The translations under genes and the position numbers were made by a program. DNA of 63,063 nucleotides, the filler included, from Octopus bimaculoides (lineage: Eukaryota), in NCBI RefSeq assembly GCF_001194135.2. It is 4 parts of 4 records of this genome, joined end to end, with 100 filler letters (N's around TTAATTAATTAA, not from the genome) between each part and the next. Parts side by side here need not be neighbours in the genome. Positions count along the whole stretch, not along the records: positions 49,963 to 61,772 come from NC_068987.1; positions 61,873 to 63,063 come from NW_026345005.1; 2 more parts are not named here. One strand, written 5' to 3'. Shown here one piece after another: positions 61,215 to 63,063 of this stretch. The notes beneath the pieces are model-generated. The model saw nothing but the letters and a program-made list of their open reading frames with translations. It was not told the DNA's origin and ran no database searches. The first letter of the stretch is position 1, and each line of letters opens with the position of its first letter.

Positions 61215-61765
61215 GAATCGGTTTATCGATTATTGGGCATCCAACCCTTAGCCTAAGAATGTGAGGCGGAAGCCCTGCTGGCTCCAATGAGTTGAGAAAC
61301 TCGACAGGGCAATTGACAATGTCTTGGAGGTCAGAGGTCCGGTCGGTTGATTTGTAGATGTGCTCCTCACCCAGAATTTGGCTTATGAGCTGGTCGTTGA
61401 TAGCACTGACAGCTACGTTTTGGAGGGGGCCAGGATGGTTCTTTCACTGAGCCAACTGATGTCTGCATTGTTACGTTCCAGATTGGGGAACACTCTTTCC
61501 AAAAGATCGGAAGGGTTGTCCACGGTGTTGCACAGTTCAGAGATGGATATGTCGCCCCTATCATTCTTAGGATCCTTGCCTTCTCCAAGGACTAAAATGT
61601 CTTCGCCAAATGCTGCAGACGTGCTATCAGCAAGCAAGTGCGCACGCATGTTTGTGCTTAGGCTTAAGGTCTTAATCTGCAGCCACAACGTGGATGACTT
61701 AAGGCATGCGCGCACTTCATCAGTCTGGCATTTGTTTCTCGCGACAAATCTTAGCATGTATTAAT
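61215..61765 (-). mobile_element. Helitron PIF1-family helicase fragment
   Basis: DEVRACLKSSTLW...LSTNMR; WLSERTILAP; PVEFLNSLEPAGLPPHILRLRVGCPI. Confidence 0.9.
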
Positions 61766-61772
61766 TGTGTTA

Positions 61773-61872
61773 NNNNNNNNNNNNNNNNNNNNNNNNNNNN
61801 NNNNNNNNNNNNNNNNTTAATTAATTAANNNNNNNNNNNNNNNNNNNNNNNNNNNNNNNNNNNNNNNNNNNN
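61773..61872. other. Artificial 100-bp scaffold linker
   Basis: N44-TTAATTAATTAA-N44. Confidence 0.95.
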
Positions 61873-63063
61873 ATCTTTTAAATAGGAAATGCGTTTGCCA
61901 AGATTCGTAGAATGCTAAGTTCTATACAGAAACGGCTGAAAATGTTTATGTAAACTAGATTTCCAAATTGTAGCATACGCACCTGTGTAATAATATGTAC
62001 GGTCCCTTGTTAGTACCTTACACTGATACACTATATCATTCCATAAACATTGATTTATTTACGGATAAATACTACTGTTTTTGAAAAAAAAGCAACATTT
62101 ATTCACTTGTATGTAGTACTCCTGCTAAAAGTATTAGTACTAAACCGCCTCTCAGAAGTAGCTTTGTGCTGATAATAGTTGACCTAATACAAAAGTGATG
62201 CAATGTTATGGTAATGAAAATATTATATGATGAGACTGCCGTCATATGCGGATAGCGTTCGAAATATAACGACATACACTTCATATATAGATATATGTAA
62301 CATAAATTTGAAATATGCTGAGAGTAAAATGTGAGAAATATACATTGATAAGGAATACATACTAATATGGTTGCATATATTACTAAAGATATCATGTACA
62401 CAGACAACGGATAAAAAGTTAATAAAATTTACATTTGTGACAAATATTAATATTTGGTTGAATGATGCATGTATCATATATCATAACATCTAATATATAT
62501 ATATATATATGTTGTGTATCTATACCGTTTAAACATATCGAGAGNNNNNNNNNNTATATATATATATATGTTGTGTATCTATACCGTTTAAACATATCGA
62601 GAGGACTACAATTTGTTGAGACAACTTAACCTACCTGTATCAATATATAAGTAGTAGACAGACCTCTTGGTACAGTCGACCTATGACACTATATTGCAAT
62701 ACATTTCACGCATTTACGCAGTTATGTTGATTTCTAGATAAACATACTTTATGACAATAATGAAAATATTTCTATATACATCGATGTGTTTGCCACTCCT
62801 ATGAAAAAATGCCATTAGTGGAAATAAGCTACGTATATGTTGATAAAAAGTGATTTATCATATACGCGTTTGCATATTGTACATCATTTATATCATCATA
62901 TCGTTTAGATATCATGTTATATAGGGATGTGTTTGAGAGAAATCCATAAGCGATATAATTTTTAACGTGTGAATTACGATGATACAATTTGAGAGAAGCT
63001 AATACAGCTGACTTACACTGTAATGATTCATATAGTTATGTTCACCTTGTAATCACTTTCTAT

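Noticed and set aside
61215-61765. Host PIF1 helicase gene
   Set aside because: Intronless, with stops and frameshifts, and the motifs are of the Helitron type

Overview
AT-rich, gap-ridden, microsatellite-dense eukaryotic scaffold. The SINE families and repeat content suggest an octopus (inference). No host protein-coding gene could be supported, and almost all listed ORFs are microsatellite, N-run or decayed-transposon artefacts. The core of the window (31.5-49.5 kb) is a nest of retroelements. A Dong/R4-type RLE LINE is split (5-bp TSD CACCC) by a Mag-clade Ty3/Gypsy element. That element carries two internally deleted CsRn1-clade Gypsy elements, one in its RT (TSD GATG) and one in its 5' LTR (TSD AGTC/AGCC). 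Three more Dong/R4 pieces follow, one split by a probable solo LTR. Elsewhere are Tx1/L1, RTE, Penelope-like, mariner (DD34D-type, DD37D maT, Tc2/pogo MITE) and Helitron remnants plus many tRNA-derived SINEs. The most notable observations are: (1) a 3 x 39-bp tandem array of [LTR-end stub + extended tRNA-Trp-complementary PBS] in the leader of one CsRn1 element; (2) at least two hammerhead-ribozyme motifs with complete catalytic cores; (3) a head-to-head tRNA-like palindrome; (4) an RTE LINE ending in three C2H2 fingers. Three identical 100-bp N44-TTAATTAATTAA-N44 linkers show the window is stitched from at least four scaffolds. All identities quoted are hand counts.
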